From the NCBI GenBank assembly GCA_964016885.1, contig OZ024754.1, positions 21,576,001 to 21,640,000 of the forward strand: a DNA stretch of 64,000 nucleotides. Reading direction: 5' to 3'. Below the pieces are notes generated by a model. That model had not been told where the DNA came from and did not search any database. It worked only from the letters and a program-made list of their open reading frames with translations. The stretch comes from Eledone cirrhosa (taxonomy: Eukaryota). Shown here in pieces: positions 28,021 through 40,029 of this stretch. The position numbers and the translations under genes are program-made. How positions within the stretch are numbered: position 1 is the first letter of the stretch; each line of letters begins with the position of its first letter.

Positions 28021-29134
28021 CAGTGTAATAGGTAAATTGGGACCATTTAAATATCTTTATTATAATTGCTATAACTTGGAAAAATCAAACACTGTAAATT
28101 TTATGTTTATACCAATTTATTGTGGTGTGTTTAGCACTTATTTTAGTTCAATGTGATCGCCATTTGCTTTCTTGACCAGTTCAAACCATTTATGAAATGA
28201 GGCCTTAACTATTTCTTCCTCTTTCACTTTACCGAATGCTCGCTTGATAGAAGCCTTCAGTGAAGACACACGGTTGTGAGAAGTTGCATTGGATATTGCT
28301 TCAACTGCAGACCATTGCCAAAAATCACATGTATTCATATCTGGCAAGCTAGAGGGCCGGATATCATTAGGGACAAACATGGGCAATACCTTCTTAAACA
28401 ATTCTACCATCATAATGCTTCCTAATCCAAGGTAACAAAACTTCTAATACTCTGCTGTGTTGATTTTAAGGCCTGCTTCAATAAAAGGAGGAGGAATCAT
28501 TTCCCATCAGTTGCAACAGCTCCAAAGACCATAATGGAAGCCAGATTCTTGATATGCATTGGGAAAGGTCATGTGCTATCATTTGTGAGTTTTGACGGTT
28601 TGCAACTTTGTCTACCACAAACTTCTTTTCATCCACAAAGATGTGGATGTCTCTGCCATGATGTTTCAGATGACTAAGAAGTTTGGGATTTCTTTGAGCT
28701 TGAATGGCTTTGGAGCAGGTACTTAGGATGTTACAGTGTCTCCTCGTGTATAATTTCATATGGAGGTCTTGTCTCCATTTTACTGATTCCTTGATATTTT
28801 AAGTCCTGTTAAAATGAGAGGTGTGCATTTTCGGTCACTGCGAGGACTGTGGGGCTTTCTCTGAACATCCTGACTTTTCAAATTGGCTACAACTCTAAAA
28901 GCAGCAGATTTGGCATATTTTGTGACTAACAATCTTCCCAGTACGGAATAATTTGGCAATTACACTTCTATGGTTTAATTCTTTATTAAAATTCATAATT
29001 TGTTCGATCTAAAGTGAAAAATAGTATAAGTGATTATTCAAACTGGTACTATTTAAAATTTAGACTCCAACAAAATCTATACAATTAGAAATATGCCCAT
29101 TTGAAACTTGTCCCAATTTACCTGTTACACCCTG
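28021..29134 (-). mobile_element. Decayed Tc1/mariner-superfamily (maT/rosa-like) DNA transposon with both TIRs
   Basis: TIRs CAG(GG)TGTAA.AGGTAAATTGGGAC at both ends with TA target duplication. Broken transposase: IFVDEKKFVVDKVANRQN (28478-28759) and RPSSLPDMNTCDFWQW...SLKASIKRAF...NGDHIE (28138-28413). Confidence 0.88.
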
Positions 29135-30104
29135 TATGTATGTGTATATATATATATACACACACACATATATTGTATCATCTTGAAGAGGACAAAATTA
29201 TTAGTTAACTTTATAACAAGAAAAGAAATTGTATGTTCTACTCTCACTTTTCTCTCAACTCAACATGGAAAAAACGTGTTAAACATATTTTATATAACAT
29301 CTTTTTTGTTTATATTTTGTTGTAATATTTGTGTTATTTTCTACTTCAATCCAATCCCTAATTGTATATCTTTCTAAAGGATCAATAAATCAGTCAATAT
29401 CACTATTGTTTTGTTTTGTTTCTTGTTGTTGATTAATAGATTATCGACTCCTTCTTTACTTCAGATGGTGATAGACCAATCCACCTTATTTTAACCCTTT
29501 AGTGACCAACCTGGCCAAAACCAGCTCTGGTTCGATGAAATAAAGGTTTCCAATTTGGATTAAAATCTTCCAACATAATTTCATATAAGAACCTTACATT
29601 AAATCAGTCTTAGTAAGGAAATAATTAATAATTTTAGTAAATCCCTCAAATTTTTTCATTAATCAATTAAAATAGAGTGTATTTCATTAGATATGCAGTA
29701 CCACAATAAATGGCACTCAGTATGCTTTGTAAATTGGTAGTGAATATACAGAGACAACATAGGGCTGAGAAGACTTCGGTCTTGTTGAAGATATAACACT
29801 ATCTAGTGTTGGTGCCACAGTAAGAGACACCCAGTACACTTTGTAAGTAAAAGACACCTAATATACCTGTAAAGAGCATATAAAAACAACAACATAGGGT
29901 GGAAAAGATCATTTAGTCCTGCTAAGGACATAACACTTTCTCTAGTGCTTGTGTCATAATAAAAGACACTCGGTACTCTTTGTAAATTGGTTACTGTTAA
30001 GAAAGCCATTCAGCTATAGAATTCATGTCAAAACAGACATGTTTCTCTGACCTGTCTAGTCTCAACCTGTCCAACCCATGCCATGGTGGAAAGCATAAAT
30101 AAAA

Positions 30105-30266
30105 TAATTGTTTCTACTTTAGATACAAGGCCAGTACATTACTGGTACTTTATTTTATCGACCCCGTAAGGATGAAAGGCGGGATTTGAACTCAGACTGT
30201 AAAGGAATGTAACTATGCTAGAAAGCATGGCGTCCAACCCTCTACCGATACTGCCAATTCACGCCT
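30105..30266 (-). mobile_element. tRNA-derived SINE
   Basis: Minus strand GGCGTGAATTGGCAGTATCGGTAGAGGGTTGGAC...GAGTTCAAATCCCGCC...CCTTTCATCCTTACGGGGTCGATAAAATAAAGTACC. Confidence 0.8.
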
Positions 30267-31176
30267 AAATAAAATAATGATGCCTATAGTTTTTTACTGT
30301 TTACGATATTATTCAGTGGTGGCCATGACAACTCCGAAACCATTGGTGACACATTAAGTGTATGAAACTTTGTTTACACTATATATATATTGTATGTGTG
30401 TGTAGACATAATCTTCACTATATCTTGTTTCAGAGCCACAGTATGCCACTATTTAACTAAAATTGAAACTAGCTTGACAGAAGACACAGATGTGCTCTCT
30501 CATTGATACAGTTGATTAAAATATAAAATGCATTGTCTTTATCTTATCTCTACTGCTTCAACTTTCTTGGGTATTTTTTTCTGATAACCTCTGCCATTTA
30601 ATGTCTTTTCATTTGACTAGAAAGTTGTTTAGGAGAAACCAGAAGATTCAGAATGTGGGTATTTGTTCTGGAGCTCTGAGTTCAAATCCTGCCGTGGCTA
30701 AGTTTGCCTTTCATCCTTTCAAGATCAATAAAGTACCAGTTTAATACTGCTCTCTCTCTTGCCCCCCTCCTCTGCAAACTTGGAGAGAGATGAGCTCTCC
30801 CTAATTCAAAATGCACAAGACGTATCATGATGGCGCTCCTCTGATTTCATCAGTTCAGGACCCACGGATTAATGGATGGATAAATTTATACACCCAGTAC
30901 ACTCTGTAACATGACAGCCATTGAACTGAGAAAGTATAAAATACACCTGGTACACTCTATAAAAGTGACAGCCAATGTAAGTTCAAGAAAACTCTTTAAT
31001 CCTGCTGGAGACATAATAACCTTAGTGTTGCTGATACAATTAAAATACACCTAGTACACTCTGTAAAGTGGATGGCATTTGGAAAGGCATCCAGCTATAG
31101 AAACCATGTCCAAATGGAATTTATGACCGAGATATACTCCTGCCCATCTTGTTTGAAATTGTGTCAATTCGTTTAA

Positions 31177-31374
31177 CCCTTTAGCATTTAAACCGGCTGC
31201 ATCTGGCCACAACCCTCTCACCTCTTTCTGTACAAACTGGCTGCTCATACCTACATTAAGGTATTGTTCTCAAAATAAATAACATCAAAATTTCCTAGAT
31301 TCAATATTATGTGAGGTAAAACCTTTACCGTGAAAATACAATACTAAATATAGAATAATGTAAATGCTAAAGGG
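31177..31374. mobile_element. piggyBac-type MITE
   Basis: TTAA on both sides (31173-31176 and 31375-31378) with 14-bp TIRs CCCTTTAGCATTTA / TAAATGCTAAAGGG. Decayed relatives lie near 18730-19075, 26945-27320 and 29490. Confidence 0.8.
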
Positions 31375-31844
31375 TTAAGCCATGCCTTTATGGAAAGCAG
31401 ACATAAAATGGTGATGATGATGATAAATAATTATTATCATCTGCTAGCAATCACTCTTACATCATTTGCTGTATTTTAATACAATAGCTGGAAACTGATG
31501 CAACAATTTTAATTATTTTGTGAATACATTTTAACAATTTTAAAATGCAAATTTTAAATTTCCTTTGAATATCTCCAGTATCTTTTCACAATGTCAATCT
31601 GATTGATATTAACATTTTAAACTCACTTTTCTATGCATGTATGGGTTAGACTGATGCCAACCCTTTTAGTTGCTTCTTACAACATGCAGGGATATGGTGT
31701 ACCAATTCTAATGTAAAATGGCAGCCTGAGAAGAATATAAACTCAATCTTTGTGATATTTGTACAACCCCCTCCCCCACTAAAAAATCTACAGTTACAAA
31801 AATAATTGTATTACATTTTCAATCAAAAAAATGCTGGACATATT

Positions 31845-32008
31845 TTACAAGATGGTTGGATAACATCCATGAGCTTGGCTGGTCACGCTTGGGGATCCAG
31901 CTGGATCAGTTGGAGACAGTTGCTTCTGACAGGACCAGCTGGGGGGAGTGTTGGAGGACTTTGCACCCCATCACCCTCTCAAGAATAAGTGGGTGGAGAA
32001 GAAAATGT
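31845..32008 (+). mobile_element. 3' fragment of an RTE-like LINE
   Basis: Translates RWLDNIHELGWSRLGIQLDQLETVASDRTSW, a typical non-LTR ORF2 C-terminus. Confidence 0.6.
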
Positions 32009-32552
32009 TGTTTAGTTTAGAGGTGTTCCAACTATGATCATCATGTGCTTTTCTCTGGCATTAACCCTTCTTTTTCAAGGTAGTAGGGTGTAAATTGATG
32101 CACATTTGGGTTGAAACTAATTTCGAGAGGCTTGCTAATGCTTATAAATTTATAGAAGTCATGGGCAAACTGCGACCCGTTTAGCTTTGGCACACCTAAA
32201 TGAATGTTTTTAATAGTGCAGCCCACTGCTTGGAAAAGGTTGACCATGTCTGTCTTATAGGGTAAAAAGAATGTTAGTTCTGATTCATCTCATCTCACAC
32301 TTATGAACAAGGACATTTATTGGTGTATAACGTTTAGTTATTATTGGTTCCCCAGTATGAGCACTCAATGTAGGTCCAGTTACCGATGTAGTATGGTATG
32401 TTTGGTATTATACCGTAATCGGTATCCCTAAGAAGCAGAACATTATAATAATAAGTATTCTTATTTTATATTTATATATATATGTGTGTGTGTGGAACTG
32501 GCTGTTGAAACAGCAGGAGCTCAGCCGTCGAAGTCTCGACTGTTTATAATAT

Positions 32553-32744
32553 ATAATTGTTTCTATTTTTGGCACAAGGCCAGCAATTACCCAGTACATT
32601 ACTGGTACTTTATGTTATCGACCCCGTAAGGATGAAAGGCAAAGTTAACCTCGGCGGGATTTGAACTCAGATCATAAAGAGATGTAACTCTATGCTTCAG
32701 AGCATGGTGTCCGACTCTCTACCGATACTGCCAATCCACCGCCC
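32553..32744 (-). mobile_element. tRNA-derived SINE (well preserved)
   Basis: A-box-like TGGCAGTATCGG and B-box-like GAGTTCAAATCC on the minus strand, the same family as 30105. Confidence 0.85.
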
Positions 32745-33112
32745 TAATATAATATATAATATATACATACGAGTTGTCGAGGAACCCAACCGCCTGACTG
32801 ACAATGAGTTTGGCGAAGAATCGGACGAGATATTTTCGTTTTCTTATTTCGAAATGCGAAATGATTACATGTAAGTCTCATTAATATACCTGACTTGTCT
32901 TTTCGAAAATAAATAGGTATTAGTTGCTTTATAGTAGAGAAAACTCCTTCAAATCCCACCCTGCAATCCTAAAAAAGAAGGACAACACATTATTTATATA
33001 TATATGTACGTCAGACCTGTCAACTCTCCCCGTTTTTTTTTTTTTTTTTGTTTTTTAGTTTTTTTTTTTTTTGTGAAAATGAATATAGCTTTCATTATGT
33101 AAAATCTTCCCA

Positions 33113-33250
33113 TGGTGGATTGGCAGTATCGGTAGAGGGTCGGACGCCATGCTTTGACGCAAAGAGTTATGGCCTTTGCCTTTCATCCTTACGGGGTCGA
33201 TAAAATAAAGTACCAGTAATGCACTGATTTAATTGCTGGCCTTGTGCCAT
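33113..33250 (+). mobile_element. SINE copy (internally deleted), inverted relative to 32553-32744
   Basis: GGTGGATTGGCAGTATCGGTAGAGGGTCGGACGCCATGC...CCTTTCATCCTTACGGGGTCGATAAAATAAAGTACC. Confidence 0.8.
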
Positions 33251-33621
33251 TTTAGTTTTTAGAGGTTGGCATGTCTGATACATATATACATATATAGATA
33301 TGTATATAATGTGTTGGTGGTCGTGGTTGGAACAGCTTTGATCATGATTAACGACATCCCAGTAATATTTAATGTCCAAACTAACAAGACAAGAGTCCAG
33401 TGTACCCTTTCTTGGTTAAAAAAGAAAATCCTGTATATGAGACAGTTTACGAAATCAAGAGAAAGGGTGTGAGTCATTGGCATGTATTTATAACACGTAC
33501 GTCAATACATAGAGATGGAAACTTGTTAATTTTAGCATTTTGAAGACAATAAAATATTGTTTTGAAAGATCACATGTATATGTGTATATATATATATGTG
33601 TGTGTATATATATATATAAAA

Positions 33622-33953
33622 ACTACCCCCACCCATTCACACCACCCCCTTCAATGTGAAGTTATGTTGGTACTACAACATCCAGTCCGAAACAAATGAG
33701 GTTGTGTAGGTGTCACGACAAAAAAACACACAGTCTACGCTGTAATGTGGCCGTGTAGGTAACACGGTAAAAACCTCCCAGTCCACACTGTAAACGTGGT
33801 TGGTGTTAGGAAGGGCATCCAGCCATAAAAAACCCGCCAGACAGTCCTATACGAGCAGGACAACCAATCTTGCCTCAAGTGGGAAAACTCCCGTCCAAAC
33901 CCATGCAAGCGTGGAAGATGGACGTTAAACGATGATAATGATGATGATGATGA
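33622..33953 (+). mobile_element. 3' UTR-only copy of RTE family B
   Basis: Matches 47655-47980 and ends in a (GAT)n tail. Embedded in (TA)n. Confidence 0.85.
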
Positions 33954-34360
33954 TATAATATATATATATATATGTCCGAAACGTTAAGACCCTCTTCCTG
34001 CTATATCAAGAATTAACCTAATATATCCCTTCCATATACTGTACCAATTGTGTTATTTCTGTTTACCTTTTACATATATATATATGTAAATGACATTATT
34101 CTTTCTGCACCATTTCTTTAACATGTCCAACACCACCATTCTACACCAATACATATTATTATCATTTGATAATGCATAAAATGCTGAAACCGTTAATAGA
34201 CAATTATTAAATATATAAATAAATAAATAAATGCCATTGTTAATTAATAAATAAATTAACTAATACCTTAACACTTCACACAAAGTAAAATATTTTGTTT
34301 TAAACATTTTCTAATCCAGAAAAAAAAAATTCTTCCTAATAATCGTCTTTTTCTCCCTAT

Positions 34361-34407
<47 letters not shown>

Positions 34408-34522
34408 CATATTTATATATATACATATTTATATATATACACACGTTCGGAACTGGCTGTGGAGGCGGCCGTCGGGGTACTGACTCTTTTCATATATGTA
34501 TGTGTATATATATATATATATA

Positions 34523-35320
34523 TCATCATCATTTTGCGTCCGCGCTTCCCTGCTTGCAAGGGTGGGATGGGTCTTATTCAGCACAGCATCTCTCCACTCG
34601 TCACGGTCCTTCGTCATCTCCACCGTGTGCTTCAATGATCTGAGGTCTGTTCTCACCACCTCCGCCCATGGTTTTCGTGGTCTACCTCTACCACATCTTC
34701 CTTCAACTGGCATTTCCTGGCACTTCTTCATCCATCGGTCATCCTCCATGCGCATCACATGTCCATACCACCTCAGTCTCCTCTCCCGTACACTACATTC
34801 TATCCCTCTCAGACACAGTTTCTCTCTCAACTCATCCATGCTGGGTCGTTCACGCACATTGACACTGCACATCGAACGGAGCATGCTTGCCTCATTTCTC
34901 TCCAGCTGTCACATAACCTCTGCAGTTGCTGCCCATGTCTCACTACCATGGAGCATCGCACTCCTCACAGAAGCATCATATAACCGGCCTTTCGTACGCA
35001 GGGAGAAACCCTTCTTTGTCAACAGAGAAAGCAGCTCCCTAAACTTCTTCCAACCTGTCCTTATTCTAGATACTATGGCCCTAGGAACCTGCATTTGAAA
35101 TATGTATCTATCTCTAATTGTATCTATGTCTAATTTCCCTGTACATCTACTGCATACGTATTTCTCCCTACCTGTTAGTTTGCCTGCTATCCCGCTACAT
35201 CTCTTGTGTACCCAGGATCTGCATTGTGTGCATTTTATAGAATTTATGCCAGTTCCTTTTCTGCATATCGAACATGGCCATTTCCCTGATGGAATCAGTT
35301 TTGTCCTCTTTTCTACTCAT
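34523..35320 (-). mobile_element. 5'-truncated RTE LINE, family A
   Basis: Near-identical to the 3' part of 40030-43310 ([15 protein letters not shown]...[10 protein letters not shown]...GRPRK), with a (GAT)n tail. Confidence 0.92.
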
Positions 35321-35324
35321 GAGT

Positions 35325-35959
35325 ATTTGTGTGTGTGTGTTATGCGAGAGACAGCAGAAAAAGTGTGTGGGATACATAGAATTTTCATTCTGCAACCATT
35401 ATATTATGATATTTGTATCCAAATGATTTTAGATGTATGTATTACCTGCTTGCCCGTCCTTCTGTTTCTCTTTCCCTGCCTCTCTCTCCTCTCTCTCTCT
35501 TTAGATGTGTATGTAGTTTTCCTAATCTGTCTCTCTAAGAGGGTTACCTTTTGATGTATGTATTACCTGCTTGTATGTTGACCGAATTTGAAGGAGGTTA
35601 TCCTTTTGAAATAAACATACATACGACGCTCATCTCTATGTTGACATATTGAAGGTAGATACGGAAAGTAAAAGAGTGTTGTCATATAGAGAGTGAAGAG
35701 AGACAGAGAGTAAAGCAGTTAAATTATAGAGAGGGTGAAAGAGAGAGAGAGAGAGAGAGAGACGACGCTCAGCTTTATAATATTAGAGAGTGAAGAGCGA
35801 CAGAGAGTAAAGCAGTTAAATTATAGAGAAGGGGAATGATCTATTATAGAGAGAGGGAAGAGCGTTGGAGAGAGTAAAGCTAAGAAACTATAGGGAGGTG
35901 TGTAGGATACATACATACATAATACATACACATGACACTCAGCTTTATAATATTATAGA
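35325..35959 (-). mobile_element. Helitron-like non-autonomous element, 5' part, with internal duplications and (GA)n
   Basis: Minus strand starts A|TCTATAATATTATAAAGCTGAG, a Helitron-type 5' TC end. The motif CTCAGCTTTATAATATTA is repeated at about 35768 and 35938. Confidence 0.5.
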
Positions 35960-35978
35960 TATATATCGAAATCACTAG

Positions 35979-36071
35979 ACGTATCTGAGGAACCTGCGAA
36001 TCCAGAGTCAGGTTCGATCCACAAACAGATCGCACCTCGAGCTGTTCGCCGGAGAAACAATTGTAATACGT
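35979..36071 (+). ncRNA. Type I hammerhead ribozyme, long-stem-II family, copy 1 (element about 35966-36185)
   Basis: ACGTAT-CTGAGGA-[62-nt hairpin: CC/GG, GCGAAT/GTTCGC, AGGT/ACCT, CGATC/GATCG]-GAAAC-AATT-GTA-ATACGT. Confidence 0.8.
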
Positions 36072-36194
36072 AATAAATTGTGTTCTGATGCATCACTGAT
36101 TCTTCGTTTTCCATATTATCATACTCTGCTCCGAAGGAGCATAGAGTGCTCAACTGGCATACTGCCTATGCAACCATACGACTTTATATATATA

Positions 36195-36335
36195 TCATTT
36201 CATTCATTTCATTTTACGTCTGCTTTTTCCCTGCTTGCAAGGGTGGGACGGGAACTGATGCTGGCTTGATTTCTACAGCTGGATGCCCTTCCTAACACCA
36301 ACCTCATTTACAGTGAGTGCTGGGTGCTTTTTTGC
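36195..36335 (-). mobile_element. Bipartite RTE-derived non-autonomous element (GGAAGGGCATCC module plus RTE-A 3' tail)
   Basis: Minus strand ...TTGGTGTTAGGAAGGGCATCCAGCTGTAGAAATCAAGCCAGCATCAGTTCCCGTCCCACCCTTGCAAGCAGGGAAAAAGCAGACGTAAAATGAAATGA. Confidence 0.75.
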
Positions 36336-36339
36336 CATA

Positions 36340-36535
36340 GCATCTCCACAACCATTTTGCAGTGGAATGATATGGACCCCAGTCCCTATCATCTCATTTC
36401 TACAGCTGAGTAAACTGGAGCAATGTGAAATAAAGTGTCTTGCTCAAGGAAACAACATATCACCCGGTCTGAGAATTGAACTCACAACCTTTCGATTGCA
36501 AGGCCAATGCTCTAACCACTAAGCCATGTGCCTCC
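36340..36535 (-). mobile_element. tRNA-derived SINE
   Basis: Minus strand GGAGGCACATGGCTTAGTGGTTAGAGCATTGGCCTTGCAATCGAAAGGTTGTGAGTTCAATTCTC, with A and B boxes. Confidence 0.82.
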
Positions 36536-36698
36536 ATATAACAATATATATATATATATTGTTATACTTTGGGAGGGTCATGTTGCCAATAAGAAACACA
36601 TGCACCAGTTGCTTTCACTCCAATTTATTATAAATTTAAGAATTTATAAATTTCCAGTTGATTGGTTGGTTCCACAACCGGACGGTTGTTCATATATT

Positions 36699-36741
36699 GT
36701 CAAAGCTCTTTCGTCACACATTCTGTGACCTCTTCAGTGAC
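36699..36741 (-). ncRNA. Minimal type I hammerhead ribozyme in a pLTR-like element (about 36558-36975)
   Basis: Minus strand GTCA-CTGAAGA-G-GTCACA-GAATG-TGTGAC-GAAA-GAGC-TT-TGAC. The element end TTGTTATACTTTGGGAGGGTCAT is shared with 38197 and 58823. Confidence 0.72.
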
Positions 36742-36991
36742 TGGGGATTCTTTTTGTTTTGTGCCTCTCCTTTGTTCTGTCCTACGCCATCTTGTTTTTG
36801 TGTGTGTTGTGTGCTTAGTTTGCACATGTGTTACATCCGGGGGTCTGTGTGTGTTTTTATTTGTTTATTTACATGTTACTGGTTGGTTGTTTGTTCTATG
36901 TGTGTGTGTGTTTTCATTTTGTCCTTAATTGTAAGTTGTGATGTTGCTATTCCATTCATGTTTTCTATTCAATTTTAATATGTATATATAT

Positions 36992-37490
36992 GTCGGGTCA
37001 CTCTTGAGTGCTACTGGTAACATGTAACCCAGTACAACCTGTCGCATGGTCGGGTCGTCGGCGACTAAACAGGCAACCCCACCAAGTTTACTTGGTGATC
37101 TTAGACACCCTGCAGCACAAAAAACAAAACCTGACAAAGGGCGGAAGAACTCATAAGAGTCAATGGCCATCCAAAAGTGTATAAATATGTATATACACAT
37201 GTACGTATGTATATATATACGTGGGGACATAGAAATAGTTGGGCTGGACACCCGATCGCGTGGTTAAACCACTGGGAGTGAAGGACTCCTAGCCTTTGTC
37301 AGGGCATTCTTCTAGGAGAAGGCAACTCAGGAAACTGAGATAACTCCGATATAAAACCTGCGGCTCAGTAGTTACCGATGATGTTGAGCTTTTCTTCTTT
37401 TCGGGTTATAGCTACTGTCGCTCAGAGAGTGGGATTGACTCAGTGCACAGTCTTTCCTCACTTTAAAAAATATCTTCACACACAGGCATT
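36992..37490 (+). mobile_element. RTE-type 5' UTR-derived element
   Basis: Homologous to 48780-49113 on the opposite strand. Contains a CTAGGAGAAGGCAACTC motif typical of RTE 5' UTRs. Confidence 0.6.
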
Positions 37491-37602
37491 GCACGATAGA
37501 ATTAATTAATAATTATTAATAATGGTATATCGTGCAATGGCCATACTCGATAACAATGGGGCAGCCATCATGTATATATATATGTATACATACATATGTA
37601 TA

Positions 37603-37645
<43 letters not shown>

Positions 37646-37970
37646 GTACGTGTGTCTGTGTATATCTCTGTGTGCATGTATGCGTATAGTTGTGTGACTA
37701 TTTATGTGTGTGAATGTAAGCACATAAGCTACTCTGTATCTGTCAGTATCTCTGTGTGTGTGAGTGGGAGTGTGAGCTGACAAACAGCAGTAATTTTGCC
37801 GACGGAGCAGTGGGTGAGTGATAGCCTATGCTCTGACGGTCAGCGGGCTGCTACAAGTGGTCAGAATAATGATGACGTCACTAACCAGTGACCAACCCAA
37901 GGATGCGCAAAGCGGGTGACGATATAGGCTTGTAGGGCCAGAAAGAGGATATGATCCGAAATCAATAGAC

Positions 37971-38058
37971 GTGTCCGAGGAACCTGCGAGACTAGAGTCA
38001 GGTAGATCCACACACGCATCGCACCTCAAGCTGTTCGCCGGGGAAACAATTGTAACAC
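37971..38058 (+). ncRNA. Hammerhead ribozyme, long-stem-II family, copy 2 (core U4>C variant)
   Basis: GTGT-CCGAGGA-[hairpin]-GAAAC-AATT-GTA-ACAC. Stem I has a G-C pair where copy 1 has A-U. Confidence 0.65.
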
Positions 38059-38196
38059 AATAAACTGAGTTCCGACGCATCACTGATTTTTCGTTTTCGA
38101 TTTTATATATATATATAGATACATATGTGTATATATATATGACGGCGATGGATTTGTTTTGCGAGGTTTTTGATATGAAATTGTGTGTCGAAACAA

Positions 38197-38603
38197 ATAT
38201 TGTTATACTTGGGGAGGGTCATATTGTTGTAATAATATTGCCAGAAATAATAACAGAACACACTCACTGTTTGGTTGGTTTTCGCTTCTGTAACTTTTAT
38301 ATCTCCATAGTTAATTTATTTGGTCAGTTAATTCATGACGGTCAAAAATACAGATATAAACATATATAAAGTCTAACAAAGTTCTTTCGTTGCACATCTG
38401 CAACATCATCAGTGGTACTATTATCATGTTCCCTCCTATTGTATTGTATGTCTACACCATTGATAAACATTGAGGACCAAATATATTAACTATGGAGATA
38501 TAAAAGATACAGAAGTGAAAACCAACCAGACAGTGAGTGTGTTCTGTTATTATTTCTGGCAATATTATTACAACAATATGACCCTCCCCAACTATAACAA
38601 TAT
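38197..38603. mobile_element. Inverted-repeat (pLTR-like) element with arms of about 125 bp
   Basis: 38197-38324 is the reverse complement of 38475-38603. A one-arm relative lies at 58823-58960. Confidence 0.85.
38374..38417 (-). ncRNA. Minimal type I hammerhead ribozyme in the spacer of the inverted repeat
   Basis: Minus strand TACCA-CTGATGA-T-GTTGCA-GATG-TGCAAC-GAAA-GAAC-TT-TGTTA. Confidence 0.68.
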
Positions 38604-38642
<39 letters not shown>

Positions 38643-38759
38643 TGTGTATATATATATGTATATATATATATATGTGTGTATATAAATATATGTATATATA
38701 TGTATATATATATGTATATATATATATATGTATGTATATATATATGTATACATATATAT

Positions 38760-39130
38760 TCTAGGAGAAGGAAAACTCTGATATAACACATGCAACCCTG
38801 ATGGTATCCAATGATGTTGACTTATTCTTATTTTTGGTAAATATCATCTTGGTTAAGAGAGTGGGACTGGCTTTGTGCAGTGCCTTTGCTCACTATAAAA
38901 GCTTCACGGCCAGGCATTGATTTATATCTGGAGATCTCTCTGCACTTGTCATCACATGGTACCATGGGCCCAGCACTAAGTGTCAATAATTGTCACAAGT
39001 GTAGTGTTTGTACCAGAGTTTTTAAGTCGCTGGCTGGACTGAAAAGTCACACTCGTTCAGCGCATCGGTAGGGGTTCTCCTACATGGATATAAAGTAGTG
39101 GCCGTACTCGAAAACGAGTTGGCAGCCACC
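38760..39130 (+). mobile_element. 5'-truncated bipartite RTE derivative (5' UTR piece plus C-terminal C2H2 finger and 3' end)
   Basis: Starts CTAGGAGAAGGAAAACTCTGA and ends ...[25 protein letters not shown] then GTACTCGAAAACGAGTTGGCAGCCACC. An inverted copy lies at 48506-49113. Confidence 0.75.
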
Positions 39131-39211
39131 ATATATATATATATATGTATGTGTATATATATATGTGTATATATATATATGTATATATATATATGTGTAT
39201 ATATATATATG

Positions 39212-39262
<51 letters not shown>

Positions 39263-39529
39263 ATATATATATATATGTGTATATATATATGTGTATATAT
39301 ATATATATGTGTGTATATATATATGTGTATATATATATGTGTGTATATATATATGTGTATATATATATGTGTGTATATATATATGTGTATATATATATGT
39401 ATGTATATATATATATGTTTATATATATATGTATGTATATATATATATGTGTATATATATATGTATGTATATATGTGTATATATATATGTATGTATATAT
39501 GTGTATATATATATGTGTATATATATATG

Positions 39530-39563
<34 letters not shown>

Positions 39564-39661
39564 ATGTGTATATATATATATGTATATATATATATACATA
39601 TATATGTATATATATATATACATATATATATGTATATATATATATACATATATATATATAG

Positions 39662-39700
<39 letters not shown>

Positions 39701-39708
39701 TACATATC

Positions 39709-39752
<44 letters not shown>

Positions 39753-39785
39753 GATACATATATATATAGATACATATATATATAG

Positions 39786-39822
<37 letters not shown>

Positions 39823-39966
39823 TATGTACATATATATATATATATATATATGTAGATACATATATATATACATACATATGTATATATATATACATACATA
39901 TGTATATATATATATACATATGTATATATATATATATACATATGTATATATATATATATACATATG

Positions 39967-40019
<53 letters not shown>

Positions 40020-40029
40020 GTATATATAT
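39131..40029. repeat. About 900-bp compound (TA)n/(TG)/(CA)/(GA) microsatellite
   Basis: Directly visible. Similar long tracts lie at 43322-43875, 46985-47156, 47980-48505 and 56665-57056. Confidence 0.97.

Noticed and set aside
30310-30350. Hammerhead-like remnants here and at about 22145-22195, 33970, 34165-34197 and 55660-55685
   Set aside because: Cores are mutated or truncated (for example TTGATAA, or only one half present). Probably decayed relatives, but not supportable as ribozymes.
32041-32247. 68-aa minus-strand ORF
   Set aside because: No recognisable similarity. The surrounding sequence looks like a decayed MITE.
37020-37085. HDV-like or twister ribozyme at the RTE-derived 5' end
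   Set aside because: I could not assign P1/P1.1/P3 or twister pseudoknots consistently in both copies. It is kept only as an unclassified structure.
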